Assembly (NCBI GenBank): GCA_015494465.1
Contig: WGBD01000006.1
Span: 10,431 to 74,430, forward strand
Length of the DNA: 64,000 nt
Origin: Candidatus Omnitrophota bacterium
GTDB lineage: Bacteria; Omnitrophota; Gorgyraeia; S143-82
Direction of reading: 5' to 3'
Shown: positions 14,779-24,747 of the stretch, in pieces
Numbering within the stretch: position 1 is the first letter of the stretch
Layout of the letters: the number at the start of each line of letters is the position of its first letter
Notes under the pieces: generated by a model
What the model was told of the DNA's origin: nothing
Database searches by the model: none
The model's input: only the letters and a program-made list of their open reading frames with translations
Made by a program: the position numbers and the translations under genes

Positions 14779-16940
14779 CAGGTCCGCACCTTCCTACCAA
14801 CGAGCACCAAGGGAGACGCTATGAATATGGTAGAATAGGTCCCGGAGATCACTCCAACCAGCAACGCGAAGGCAAAGTCGTTAAGAACCTCACCGCCAAA
14901 CAGGTATATGGACAGGACCACCAAGAGCGTGGTGAAGGAAGTAATGATGGTCCTGCTCAGCGTCTCGCTTATCGCGGTATTTATGATCTCGTAGAGCCCT
15001 GCCCGGCGCATCACCCTGCGCTTTTCCCTAACCCGGTCGTAGATCACGATCGTATCGTTCACCGAATAACCTGCAATGGTCAGCAGGGCGGTTATGATGA
15101 GCAGGTCCAACTGCCTGCCGGTGAAGGCGAGGAAACTCAAGGTCACCAAGACATCGTGCAACAGGGCAACTACCGCTGCCACCGCGAAGTTCCAGTGGTG
15201 AAAGCGGAAGGCCACATACACGAGTATCCCTATCAAAGACCACACCACCGCAAGGGTTGCCTTCTTCTTGAGGAGTTTTCCAATGGACGGACCTACCCTC
15301 TCAACGCGCAACAACTTGGCCCCCAGTTTTTCCCCAAAGGCCTTGTCCACCTTATCCACCACATCGTCCTTGGTCCGGATTATCACCGAACTCTTATCGT
15401 CCCTGAAGCGCTGTATCAGGGCATTCTCTACACCCAATTCCTTGAGGGTCTGCCTTATCTTGGCGGTATCCACTGGATGGTCAAACCTGTACTCCTGGAG
15501 ATATCCGCCCGCGAAGTCTATTCCAAACATGCTCTGGCCCCGGTAGAGAAAGACGCCTGCTCCACCTACGATTACCGCCAGAGAAAGCAGATAGGCCCAC
15601 CTGCGCCAAGCGAGGAAGTCGATCTTCACTCCCTCAAACACACTGGACATCGGCAACCTGCTCAGTCCGGTGTACTCCAAGAGGAGTTCAAAGACCAGTC
15701 GGGTAAAGACTATCGCGGTGAACATACTGGCCAGGATTCCTATGGACAGCGTTACCGCAAATCCCTTTATCGGGCCAGTCCCGAACTGGAAAAGCATCAC
15801 CGCAGCTATCAAGGTGGTGAGATTGGAATCCACTATGGTCAGAAAGGCCTTCTCGTACCCTGCCCTTATCGCGCTCCTCAAGGGTGAACCCGCACGCAAC
15901 TCCTCCTTGATGCGCTCGTTTATCAGGACATTCGCATCCACTGCCATACCCAAGGTGAGGATGATACCTGCAATGCCCGGCAGGGTTAGGGTCGCCTTGA
16001 ACAGCCCCAATCCCCCCAATATGATGAGGACATTGAACAAAAGGGCGACATCCGCGATAAGCCCTGCCAGACGATAATACAACAGCATAAACAAGAAGAC
16101 CAAAACAGCACCTATAAGGGCAGACTTTATCCCCTGGCGGATAGAATCCTGTCCCAACAACGGGCCAACGGTCCTCTCTTCCACCACCTTCATAGGGGCA
16201 GGCAGGGCACCCACCCGCAAGACCAGTGCCAGGTCCTGGGCTTCTGGCACGGTGAAGTGGCCGGTTATGGAGGCCCTACCCCCGGTAATCGGCTCCCTTA
16301 TCTGGGGGGCGGACTGGACCTTACCGTCGAGGACTATCGCCAGATTACGACCTACATTCTTCCGGGTAATCTCTGCGAAGACCTTGCTACCCTCGGGGGT
16401 GAATTCCAAGGAGACCGAGGGTTGATTGTACTGGTCAAAACTCATGTACGCCTTCTTAATGGCATCCCCGGTGAGCAGAGGCTTCTTCTCCACCAGATAG
16501 GGCCGACCTTCCTCGTCGTACAGGACCTCGTAATCCTCAGGTATGGGTTCACCTTTCAAGGCCTTGGCCAGCAACTGGGGATCCTCCACCACCAACTTGA
16601 ACTCTAACTGGGCGGTCTTGCCCACGATGTCCAAGGCCCGCCTCCTGTCGGTCACTCCCGGCAACTGCAGGACTATCTCGTCCATCCCCTGGCGGGTGAT
16701 GGAGGGTTCCTTCACCCCGAACTCGTCAATACGATTGCGAATCACCTCAAGGGCCCTCTCTATCGCATCTTCCTTATCCTTGGGAGGGATCTGGCTGGTA
16801 TCCACCTTCAAGACGAGGTGCATACCCCCCTTGAGGTCCAATCCGAGGTTGATCTTCTTATCCAACGGGAGGGCCGACCAGAGGGAGAAAACTAATACCG
16901 CCAGTACGACCGCCAATCGCCACTTGACCCGCCTGTCCAT
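14778..16940 (-). CDS. secDF: Fused protein translocase SecD/SecF
   Basis: LGLDLKGG, GMAVDANVLINERIKEE (SecD); GIDFAGG, GYSVNDTIVIYDRVRE (SecF). Confidence 0.96.
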   Translation of the reverse strand: MDRRVKWRLAVVLAVLVFSLWSALPLDKKINLGLDLKGGMHLVLKVDTSQIPPKDKEDAIERALEVIRNRIDEFGVKEPSITRQGMDEIVLQLPGVTDRRRALDIVGKTAQLEFKLVVEDPQLLAKALKGEPIPEDYEVLYDEEGRPYLVEKKPLLTGDAIKKAYMSFDQYNQPSVSLEFTPEGSKVFAEITRKNVGRNLAIVLDGKVQSAPQIREPITGGRASITGHFTVPEAQDLALVLRVGALPAPMKVVEERTVGPLLGQDSIRQGIKSALIGAVLVFLFMLLYYRLAGLIADVALLFNVLIILGGLGLFKATLTLPGIAGIILTLGMAVDANVLINERIKEELRAGSPLRSAIRAGYEKAFLTIVDSNLTTLIAAVMLFQFGTGPIKGFAVTLSIGILASMFTAIVFTRLVFELLLEYTGLSRLPMSSVFEGVKIDFLAWRRWAYLLSLAVIVGGAGVFLYRGQSMFGIDFAGGYLQEYRFDHPVDTAKIRQTLKELGVENALIQRFRDDKSSVIIRTKDDVVDKVDKAFGEKLGAKLLRVERVGPSIGKLLKKKATLAVVWSLIGILVYVAFRFHHWNFAVAAVVALLHDVLVTLSFLAFTGRQLDLLIITALLTIAGYSVNDTIVIYDRVREKRRVMRRAGLYEIINTAISETLSRTIITSFTTLLVVLSIYLFGGEVLNDFAFALLVGVISGTYSTIFIASPLVLVGRKVRT

Positions 16941-16957
16941 ACAGGAACTCCTTTAGA

Positions 16958-17218
16958 TTACAGTTTTCTGGCTATCGCGGACCTGTCTACGTCTATCTTG
17001 GCATCCCCGCCTATTCTCAGGGTAATCACATCGTCCCGCACCGAAGCCACCATCCCGTGTATCCCCCCGATGGTGACCACCTTATCTCCGGGGCGCAGAG
17101 ACGCTATCATCCTCTTCCGCTCCTCCTGCTCCTTTTTTGCGGGTAATATTACAAGAAAGTAAAATACCCCCAATACGATCAGAAAGGGGACCAACTGGAG
17201 GATTAGGTTACTGTTCAT
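16958..17218 (-). CDS. yajC: Preprotein translocase subunit YajC
   Basis: N-terminal TM helix, L.PGDKVVTIGGIHG; directly upstream of secDF. Confidence 0.93.
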   Translation of the reverse strand: MNSNLILQLVPFLIVLGVFYFLVILPAKKEQEERKRMIASLRPGDKVVTIGGIHGMVASVRDDVITLRIGGDAKIDVDRSAIARKL

Positions 17219-18779
17219 TATCGCTCTCCTCCTGGGAATCGCCCGAAGACAGATCTTTCATGCTCAGCCCTATCTTCGTCTGCTCGGGATCTACCTTGAC
17301 TACCCTTACCTTTACCTTATCGTGGGGCTTGAGCTGGTCCAGGAGGGACTTGTCCATCTCGGACATGTATACCAGACCTTCCAGTTCGTCTTCAAGCTTT
17401 ACGAATACCCCAAAGTTCGTTATCTTGACGACCTCGCCTTCAACCTCCGTACCAACTTTATACCTTTCCACTATCTCCGGCCAAGGATTGGGACGCAACT
17501 GCTTTATCCCCAATGCGATCTTCTGGGCGTCCTTGTCCACCGCCAGGACCTTTACCTCTATTTCCTCACCCTTCTTGAGCACTTCCTGAGGGTGGGTTAT
17601 CCGTCTGGTCCAGGACATATCCGAGACGTGCACCATCCCCTCTATCCCGTCCAAGACCTCGACGAATGCCCCATAATCGGTGAAACCACGGACTATTCCC
17701 TTGACTACCGAGCCAACCGGAAGCTTGTCTTCGACGTCGTCCCAGGGATTCGGCTGTAACTGTTTCGTGCCCAAAGAGATCTTCCTGCGGTCCTTGTCCA
17801 CATTCAAGACTACCGCGGAGACCCTATCGCCTACCTTGTACAGGTCCGAAGGATTGATGCTTCTCCTGACCCAGGACATCTCAGAGACATGGACCAACCC
17901 TTCCACTCCAGGTTCTAATTCCACGAAGATACCGTACGGCATGATGTTCACGACCTCGCCTTCCACCTTGGAACCGACGGGATACTTCTCCTCTACCCTC
18001 TCCCACGGATCCTCGGTCAACTGCTTAAGGCCCAAGGCCACCTTCCCCGCCTCTTTGTCCACGGAGAGGACCTTGACCTTTACCTTATCGCCTACCTTCA
18101 ATATGTCGGAAGGGTGTCCAACCTTGCCCCAACTCATGTCAGTCACATGAAGCAGACCGTCCACCCCACCCAGGTCTATAAATGCACCAAAATCGGTGAT
18201 GTTCTTAACGATGCCCTCCCTTATGTCCCCCTCTTTCAGCTCCTGCCAGAGCCTCCTCTGGGCCTCTTCTTTCTCCTTCTGCAGGGCATCCCTTCTAGAG
18301 ACGACTATGTTCTTGCGGAGACGATTTATCTTGATGATCATGAAGTTGAAGTTCTGGCCTAACACCTGTCTCTCTTTGCCCCGGAAGGTAGAAAGGGAAT
18401 TGGGGAGGAAACAATCCATACCACATATGTCCACTATGAAGCCACCCTTCACGATGCGGGCAACCTTCCCCTCGACGATACTGCCTTCCTTATATTCTGC
18501 GATTATCTTCTCCCAGCCAAGGAGCCTATCCGCCTTGCGCTTAGAGATCACCAGAAAACCGTCCTCGTCTTCGGTGTTCTCTATGTAAACATTTATTTCT
18601 TTCCCTATGTCTATGTCCTCCCAAAGGAACTCGTCCTTGGGGATAAAGCCCTCAGACTTGTACCCTATATCCACCACTACCTCGTTGCCGGAGATCCTGA
18701 CGACCTTACCCTTGACTATCTGTCCGTCCTTGATCTCCTTGATGTGCTGGGCATACAGTTCCATCAACTCACTACTCAT
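17208..18779 (-). CDS. rpsA: 30S ribosomal protein S1
   Basis: Six S1 repeats (VKNITDFGAFIDLGGVDGLLHVTDMSW etc.). Confidence 0.96.
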   Translation of the reverse strand: MSSELMELYAQHIKEIKDGQIVKGKVVRISGNEVVVDIGYKSEGFIPKDEFLWEDIDIGKEINVYIENTEDEDGFLVISKRKADRLLGWEKIIAEYKEGSIVEGKVARIVKGGFIVDICGMDCFLPNSLSTFRGKERQVLGQNFNFMIIKINRLRKNIVVSRRDALQKEKEEAQRRLWQELKEGDIREGIVKNITDFGAFIDLGGVDGLLHVTDMSWGKVGHPSDILKVGDKVKVKVLSVDKEAGKVALGLKQLTEDPWERVEEKYPVGSKVEGEVVNIMPYGIFVELEPGVEGLVHVSEMSWVRRSINPSDLYKVGDRVSAVVLNVDKDRRKISLGTKQLQPNPWDDVEDKLPVGSVVKGIVRGFTDYGAFVEVLDGIEGMVHVSDMSWTRRITHPQEVLKKGEEIEVKVLAVDKDAQKIALGIKQLRPNPWPEIVERYKVGTEVEGEVVKITNFGVFVKLEDELEGLVYMSEMDKSLLDQLKPHDKVKVRVVKVDPEQTKIGLSMKDLSSGDSQEESDNEQ

Positions 18780-19666
18780 CTGCTATCACCCTCCTCTACT
18801 TTTTCCTTAAATAGGAACTTCTCTATCTTCTCCTTGAAGGCCCCCACAAACCAATCCGGAGTGGAGGTCCCGCTTATTATCCCCACCCTTTTCTTGCCCT
18901 CTACCATGCCTGCGGATACCTGATCTAGATCCCACACATGACACGCCTGCGTCTTCTCCTTGGCTATCTCGTACAAGCGCCGGGTATTCGCGCTCTTCTT
19001 ACCGCCCAAGACGAAGACCACATCGCACCTCTCCGCCAGATCCCTGACTTCCTGTTGGCGGGTAATTACATCCCAACAGACGGTATTGTAGACTCTCACC
19101 TCCTTCGCGGGAAAATTCTTCTCAATCAAAGAACCAGCGACGGATCTGTATGTCACTAACGATTGCGTAGTCTGAGAAACTATACCGTACGACTTAAAAT
19201 CAAGGGATAAATTATCATTTAAAACATCTTCCTTGTCAACAACTATCAGAGAAGGGACAAGCGACTTGACCGCCATAACCTCGGGATGGTTCTTATCACC
19301 CAACATCACCACGCCAAAACCACTGCGATGGAGATCAAGGGCGATCTGCTGAAGCCTTTTCACATAAACACACATAAGATCCACCGTGCGCAACCTCTTC
19401 TCTTCACACCTCTTGCGAATGTGAGACGGGCTACCGTGGGAGGGCAGGAGTAGCAAGGATCCGTCAGGGACCTCCTCTATGTCCTTTACCACCACCAGAC
19501 CCTTCTCCTGGAGTCTGGCTATCTCCTGTTCGTTGTGTATAAACATACCCAGAGAATATACCTTTTCGTGGGGATGTTCTTCTAAGACCCGCTCGAGCTT
19601 GGAAACCGCATCCCTGACTCCAACGCAAAAACCGCAATTCTTCGCTACCAACAACTCAATGCTCAT
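18776..19666 (-). CDS. ispH: 4-hydroxy-3-methylbut-2-enyl diphosphate reductase
   Basis: GFCVGV, IHN, SHG, C..V, QTTQ, NTVC, SANT; start moved to MSIEL, which overlaps the plsC stop (ATGA). Confidence 0.93.
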   Translation of the reverse strand: MSIELLVAKNCGFCVGVRDAVSKLERVLEEHPHEKVYSLGMFIHNEQEIARLQEKGLVVVKDIEEVPDGSLLLLPSHGSPSHIRKRCEEKRLRTVDLMCVYVKRLQQIALDLHRSGFGVVMLGDKNHPEVMAVKSLVPSLIVVDKEDVLNDNLSLDFKSYGIVSQTTQSLVTYRSVAGSLIEKNFPAKEVRVYNTVCWDVITRQQEVRDLAERCDVVFVLGGKKSANTRRLYEIAKEKTQACHVWDLDQVSAGMVEGKKRVGIISGTSTPDWFVGAFKEKIEKFLFKEKVEEGDSR

Positions 19667-20403
19667 CCGCTCGATTCTCTCCTCACGATCCTGTCTGGAT
19701 GCTCGGTCTCCAACCACCTCTTAAGGCGAGCTATCTCATCCATGACCCGCTGACCTATCCGTTGGGCGAGCTCCTTATCCAGACGCTTGCCTTTGCCTTT
19801 ATGCCCGGAGAAGTCCAAGGGTCTCCCGATCACTACCGTGATCTTACTTGGGGAGAGCCTGACCGCCCCTCTAGGTAGGGCCTCAAAGGTCCCTTCTATA
19901 AACACCGGAACCACTGGCAAGCCCGTTGCCTGCACGACGAATCCCAGTCCCGGTCTAGGAGGAAGGAGCTCACCCGTCGGGGTCCGCTCCCCTTCAGGGA
20001 ATATCACAAACGGCTGGTTGGTGCGCTGAAAGTAGGTGATCCAGCGGAAAAACCTCTTAAGATCCCGAGGATTTGGCGAGATCGGCACCGCACCTTGAGA
20101 GCGGATCAGCCAAGTAAAGACGGGATTGAGCTCAAAGAGCTCGTGTTTGGCGAAGTAGCGCAAGGGCCGACCCAAAAAGGCTATACCTATCAACGGGGGA
20201 TCCAAGTGGCTTTCGTGGTTTGGAGCGACAATAAAACAGCCCTCTGGGATGTTCTCTCGACCGTAGACCTTTAGATCGTAGCCAAAGTGATAGAACGAGC
20301 CCACCACCCCTACCGAGAGCCAGTGGTAGAGGAACCTAAGTGGAAGCAGTGCCCTATTAAAAAACCAGTCCCAGACTACATCCTTAGAACTGGATGTCTT
20401 CAT
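19663..20403 (-). CDS. plsC: 1-acyl-sn-glycerol-3-phosphate acyltransferase
   Basis: NHESHLD (HxxxxD), FAKHEL, IFPEGERT. Confidence 0.9.
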   Translation of the reverse strand: MKTSSSKDVVWDWFFNRALLPLRFLYHWLSVGVVGSFYHFGYDLKVYGRENIPEGCFIVAPNHESHLDPPLIGIAFLGRPLRYFAKHELFELNPVFTWLIRSQGAVPISPNPRDLKRFFRWITYFQRTNQPFVIFPEGERTPTGELLPPRPGLGFVVQATGLPVVPVFIEGTFEALPRGAVRLSPSKITVVIGRPLDFSGHKGKGKRLDKELAQRIGQRVMDEIARLKRWLETEHPDRIVRRESSG

Positions 20404-21889
20404 TTACCATCCTTCTCTTTATCTCGTAGTAGATGATGTTCAGGGTGTGCTCTATGGACAGGTGGGTACTGTCCACATAAAAGGCATCCCTAGCCTTTCT
20501 CAAGGGCCCCATACTCCTGCGCAGGTCACTTGCGTCCCTCAGAAGCATGTCCCTGCGCAGGACCTCGAGGGCTATCTCTATCTTTCTATGCCTTAGGTCG
20601 TTGAACCTGCGCTTGACCCTCTCCTCAAAACTCGCATCCAAGTAGAACTTGAACCTGGCCTCGGGTATGACCTCAGTGGTGACATCCCTACCCTCGATAA
20701 CTGCCTTGCCCTGGAGGGCCATCTCCCTTTGGATTGCCACGAAGTGCCTTCTCACCTCTGGTTCCCGAGCCAGATAAACCACATTCTTGGTAACCTCCGG
20801 CACCCTTATCTCCTCGCTCACATCCTCCCCGTTCAGCAGGACCCTTGGAGGGACATCCTCCGTCAGCTCTATGGACGAGGCCTTCACGCACTCCACCACC
20901 GCATCCACATCCTCGAGATCCACCTCTTTTCGCATACAGGCCAGGGTCCCTGCCCTGTACATAGCTCCCGTATCTATAAGCCTAAAGCCCAAACGCACCG
21001 CTAGGAGTTTTGCGATCGTGCTCTTACCCGCCCCTGCAGGGCCGTCTATCGCCACCGTATAGACGCAATCCCCCTCTCGATAAGGGAGATAAGAAACGAC
21101 TACTTCCCGCCCCTCCTTTATCGCAGAGAGCTTCTCACCAAAGGCCTCGAGGAACGCATCCCCCGCCTCCTCCACCCACTGACGATTGTGGCGGAAGATA
21201 CCGTTCCAGAGGTGGATGTCCGCGTTGGCAATGCGGGTCAAGTCCCTAAAGGCCCCAGCGGAAAATCGAACCATCTCGTCCTTCACCACATCTCGATAAG
21301 AAAAGGAGATCAGGTGGGGAAGATGAGAGGTGTAGGCCAGTATGCGATCGTGCTCCTCTGCGGAAAGGCGGTACACATCCATACCCAAAAAGTTAAATAC
21401 CAGCTCTGCCATCTCCAAGACATCTTCCGGCACCCCTTCTACAGGACATATAACCGCCGGTCTAGAAAAGAACAGATCCTTTCGGGAATGCTCAAATCCA
21501 GTCAGGTGTGAGCCAGCGATCGGATGGGCCGGGATAAACCAGACCTGCGGATGGGCATCCCTAAGTTCCAGATACCGTCTGTAGATAGGGCCCTTTACAC
21601 TGCCCACATCCATGATCAAGGCCCCCGGAGAGACCGAAGAGAGGACCTGAGGTAGGTGTGAGATGATGTGATCTATAGGCGTTGCCAAGAAGACCACCTG
21701 GCTATCTGCTAGGGCAGAATAGTCGGTAGCGAAGGAATCGATTATCCCCAACTCCTTTGCCTTCTGCAATCGTTCGGGATTCCTGCCCACGCCCAAGACC
21801 TCTTTGGCCAAACCACTAAACCTCAACCTCCGGGCGATAGAACCCCCTATAAGCCCTACACCGACCACCGCTAACTTGACCTGTTCCAA
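20384..21889 (-). CDS. tyrA-cmk: Fused prephenate/arogenate dehydrogenase + cytidylate kinase
   Basis: N-terminal GVGLIGGS, DVGSVK, HPIAG, HD..LAYTSHLPH, RDLTRIA; C-terminal AIDGPAGAGKST, DTGAMYR, EGRD, RD.SD. Confidence 0.93.
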   Translation of the reverse strand: MEQVKLAVVGVGLIGGSIARRLRFSGLAKEVLGVGRNPERLQKAKELGIIDSFATDYSALADSQVVFLATPIDHIISHLPQVLSSVSPGALIMDVGSVKGPIYRRYLELRDAHPQVWFIPAHPIAGSHLTGFEHSRKDLFFSRPAVICPVEGVPEDVLEMAELVFNFLGMDVYRLSAEEHDRILAYTSHLPHLISFSYRDVVKDEMVRFSAGAFRDLTRIANADIHLWNGIFRHNRQWVEEAGDAFLEAFGEKLSAIKEGREVVVSYLPYREGDCVYTVAIDGPAGAGKSTIAKLLAVRLGFRLIDTGAMYRAGTLACMRKEVDLEDVDAVVECVKASSIELTEDVPPRVLLNGEDVSEEIRVPEVTKNVVYLAREPEVRRHFVAIQREMALQGKAVIEGRDVTTEVIPEARFKFYLDASFEERVKRRFNDLRHRKIEIALEVLRRDMLLRDASDLRRSMGPLRKARDAFYVDSTHLSIEHTLNIIYYEIKRRMVNEDIQF

Positions 21890-21903
21890 TGTCCACCTCC
21901 AGA

Positions 21904-22758
21904 TTATCCGCGCTTTAGCGCCCTCATCATCACCTCAATCGGAGGGTTCTTGCCCGTCCAGTGCTTGAACGCAACCGCTCCTTGACGCAACAGCATCCCA
22001 AGCCCGTTGGCGAACCTCATCTTCCTGCGCTTGGCAGACCGCAACAAAGGAGTGAGTGGCGGGTTGTATACCAGATCGTACACCAATGCCTTTTGATTTA
22101 TCTTAGACAGATCCACCACCTCCGGATCCGACGGTTTCATCCCCACGGGCGTAGCGTTAACCAAGAGGTCCACCTCGGGACCGATTCTATCCAAATCCTC
22201 CTTTTCTATCAAGCCAAACTCAACCTCCGGATAATTTTTTCGGAGATCCCTCATCAGGCGACGGGCCTTGCCTTTATCGATGTCGTTTATGTACACCGCC
22301 CTGGGCTGACAATCCGCCAGCCCGAAGCAAACCGCCCGGGAGGCACCTCCCGCGCCTATCACCACGCAGGTCTTGCCCTTCGGTGAGAAACGGCAGGTGT
22401 CTCGCAGGTCGCGTATAAACCCCTCCACGTCGGTATTGGTGCCTATCAACTTATCCCCTCGGCGGAATATCGTGTTCACCGCCCCTATCCTCTGGGCAAC
22501 TAAAGTCACCTCGTCGAGGAATCTTATTACCTTCTCCTTATGGGGTACCGTAACATTCAGGCCCTCTATACCCAGCCCGCGCATACCCTCGATCGCCCTC
22601 TTGAGATCCTGCGGAGGGACCTCAAAGCAGAGGTACACCGCATCTATCCCCAGATGCTGGAAGGCAGAGTTGTGCATCGCCGGAGACATACTGTGTCTCA
22701 CCGGATATCCGATCAATCCGTAGACCCTGGTAGTCCCGCTTATCCTAAACTTGGCCAT
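21904..22758 (-). CDS. aroE: Shikimate dehydrogenase
   Basis: HSMSPAMHN, NVTVPHK, GAVNT, NTD, GAGGA, NATPVG, NGLGMLLRQG. Confidence 0.96.
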   Translation of the reverse strand: MAKFRISGTTRVYGLIGYPVRHSMSPAMHNSAFQHLGIDAVYLCFEVPPQDLKRAIEGMRGLGIEGLNVTVPHKEKVIRFLDEVTLVAQRIGAVNTIFRRGDKLIGTNTDVEGFIRDLRDTCRFSPKGKTCVVIGAGGASRAVCFGLADCQPRAVYINDIDKGKARRLMRDLRKNYPEVEFGLIEKEDLDRIGPEVDLLVNATPVGMKPSDPEVVDLSKINQKALVYDLVYNPPLTPLLRSAKRRKMRFANGLGMLLRQGAVAFKHWTGKNPPIEVMMRALKRG

Positions 22759-22798
22759 ATACGATCCCTCCCCTTACACTTCCCCATTTGAGTTGGAC

Positions 22799-23827
22799 TC
22801 AAAACAACCGAGAGGAGTTCAGGCCCTTTCCGGTGATGTGTTTGTAGCCCTTCTCGGTGATCTGCCTGCCCCGCGGGGTCCTCTTCAGGAGACCTGCTTT
22901 CAACAAAAAGGGCTCAACCACATCCACCAAGGTATCCTGTTCCTCGTTCAGGGTGGCAGAAAGGGACTCTATCCCCACCGGACCACCGTCGTATACCTCT
23001 ACCAAGACCCTAAGGAACTTCCTATCCAACTCGTCCAGACCCAATTCGTCTATGCCCAAGGCAGACAGGGCCTCGTTTGCCACCTCGCGGGTGATCCGAC
23101 CGTCCGCCTTCACCTGGGCGAAGTCCCTGACCCTCCTCAACAAACGATTGGCAATCCGGGGGGTCCCCCGTGAGCGCCGGGCGATCTCCATCGCACCCTC
23201 CAGCTCCACCTCCACCCCCAAAAGGACGCTGGATCGCATGATTATCTTGAGGAGATCCTCAGGCTCGTAAAAGTCCAGATGGTAAAAGAATCCAAACCTG
23301 CTCCGCATGGGCCCGCTCAATAGGCCACTGCGGGTAGTGGCTCCGACCAAGGTAAATGGCTTTAGATTGAACTTGACCGTGCGGGCGTAGGGGCCTTTGT
23401 CTATCACGAAGTCTATCTTGAAAGACTCTATTGCGGGGTAGAGGAACTCTTCTATTACCCTCGGAAGCCTGTGTATCTCGTCTATGAAGAGGATGTCCCC
23501 CTCTTCCAAGTTCGTCAATATCCCCACCAGATCCCCCGGCCGTTCCAGAGCAGGGCCCGAGGTGGCCACCAATTGCGATCCCATCTCCTTGGCTATGATG
23601 TGGGCAAGGGTGGTCTTCCCCAACCCCGGAGGGCCCGAGAGGAGGATGTGCTCTATGACCTCTCCCCTCTGCTTGGCAGCGGAGATCCCTATGCGCAGGT
23701 TCTCTACTATGTGGGGCTGACCTATAAATTCCTCAAGGGACTGGGGACGCAGGGACCAGGAAAAGGCCTTGTCCTCCTCCAATTCGTTCGCACTCACCAG
23801 CCGGGAAATGTCAAAACCCTCGTCCAT
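22799..23827 (-). CDS. ruvB: Holliday junction branch-migration helicase RuvB
   Basis: [37 protein letters not shown]. Confidence 0.98.
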   Translation of the reverse strand: MDEGFDISRLVSANELEEDKAFSWSLRPQSLEEFIGQPHIVENLRIGISAAKQRGEVIEHILLSGPPGLGKTTLAHIIAKEMGSQLVATSGPALERPGDLVGILTNLEEGDILFIDEIHRLPRVIEEFLYPAIESFKIDFVIDKGPYARTVKFNLKPFTLVGATTRSGLLSGPMRSRFGFFYHLDFYEPEDLLKIIMRSSVLLGVEVELEGAMEIARRSRGTPRIANRLLRRVRDFAQVKADGRITREVANEALSALGIDELGLDELDRKFLRVLVEVYDGGPVGIESLSATLNEEQDTLVDVVEPFLLKAGLLKRTPRGRQITEKGYKHITGKGLNSSRLF

Positions 23828-23832
23828 AGTGC

Positions 23833-24747
23833 TCAGAAGTGTTTAAATCCCCTCGGGCCCAACGGCACCACGCTCAATCCATCCCTTAAGTACAATCCAA
23901 CTTTACCCGATTCGAGGACCTTCCCTATGGGATAAAACTTATACCTCGTATTAGGTAAACTTGCGTACAACCTGCGGGAGTCCTTCTCGTCCATACAGAA
24001 AAGAAGTTCGAAGTCCTCACCCATGTAGAGGGCCTCGTCAAACGAACGGGCGTCCTTGTGCAGGGGGATCTTCTCCCTTATCAATTCCGCAGTGCAATTG
24101 CTCTCCTCAAGTATGTGATAGAGGTCCGCCACCAAACCGTCGGAGATGTCTATCATGGCGGTTGGGCGAAAATTAATCACCAGATACCTGGCCTCAGGGA
24201 TCCGGGGAGAGACCAGCATGTGCCGACCGTAGATGCTCCCTCCCAAGGGGCCGGATACCCATATCCAGTCCCCCTTTCTGGCCCCGGATCTGGTGACCAG
24301 CCTGTCTTTCTCAACCTTCCCAATGCAACTCATACTCAGGTAGAGCACATCGCTCCTTACCGTATCCCCTCCCACGATCTCCACCGAGAACAACTCCAAC
24401 AAGAAGCGCATGCCCTCGAATATCTCCTCCAGATCCCGATCCTCAACATAGCCCGGCACGCCGACATCCACGGTAAGCCAGAGGGGATAGCCTCCCATCG
24501 CTGATATGTCGCTCAGGACCGCCCCAACCGCCTTCCTGCCGATCAATCCTTTGTCAGGGATGTTGAAGAAAAAGTGCTGACCGTCCACGATAGAATCGCT
24601 GGCCACAAGCAAGTAGTCATCCTTCAACCCGACATCCAAGACCGCAGAATCGTCTCCTATCCCGACGACTGTATCCTTCCTGCGGAGGGAAGCGAACCTG
24701 GATCGGATGTCTGCTACGAACTGAAACTCGTCCTTAACCATCCTCAA
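23833..24747 (-). CDS. thiL: Thiamine-monophosphate kinase
   Basis: [36 protein letters not shown]. Confidence 0.94.
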   Translation of the reverse strand: MRMVKDEFQFVADIRSRFASLRRKDTVVGIGDDSAVLDVGLKDDYLLVASDSIVDGQHFFFNIPDKGLIGRKAVGAVLSDISAMGGYPLWLTVDVGVPGYVEDRDLEEIFEGMRFLLELFSVEIVGGDTVRSDVLYLSMSCIGKVEKDRLVTRSGARKGDWIWVSGPLGGSIYGRHMLVSPRIPEARYLVINFRPTAMIDISDGLVADLYHILEESNCTAELIREKIPLHKDARSFDEALYMGEDFELLFCMDEKDSRRLYASLPNTRYKFYPIGKVLESGKVGLYLRDGLSVVPLGPRGFKHF

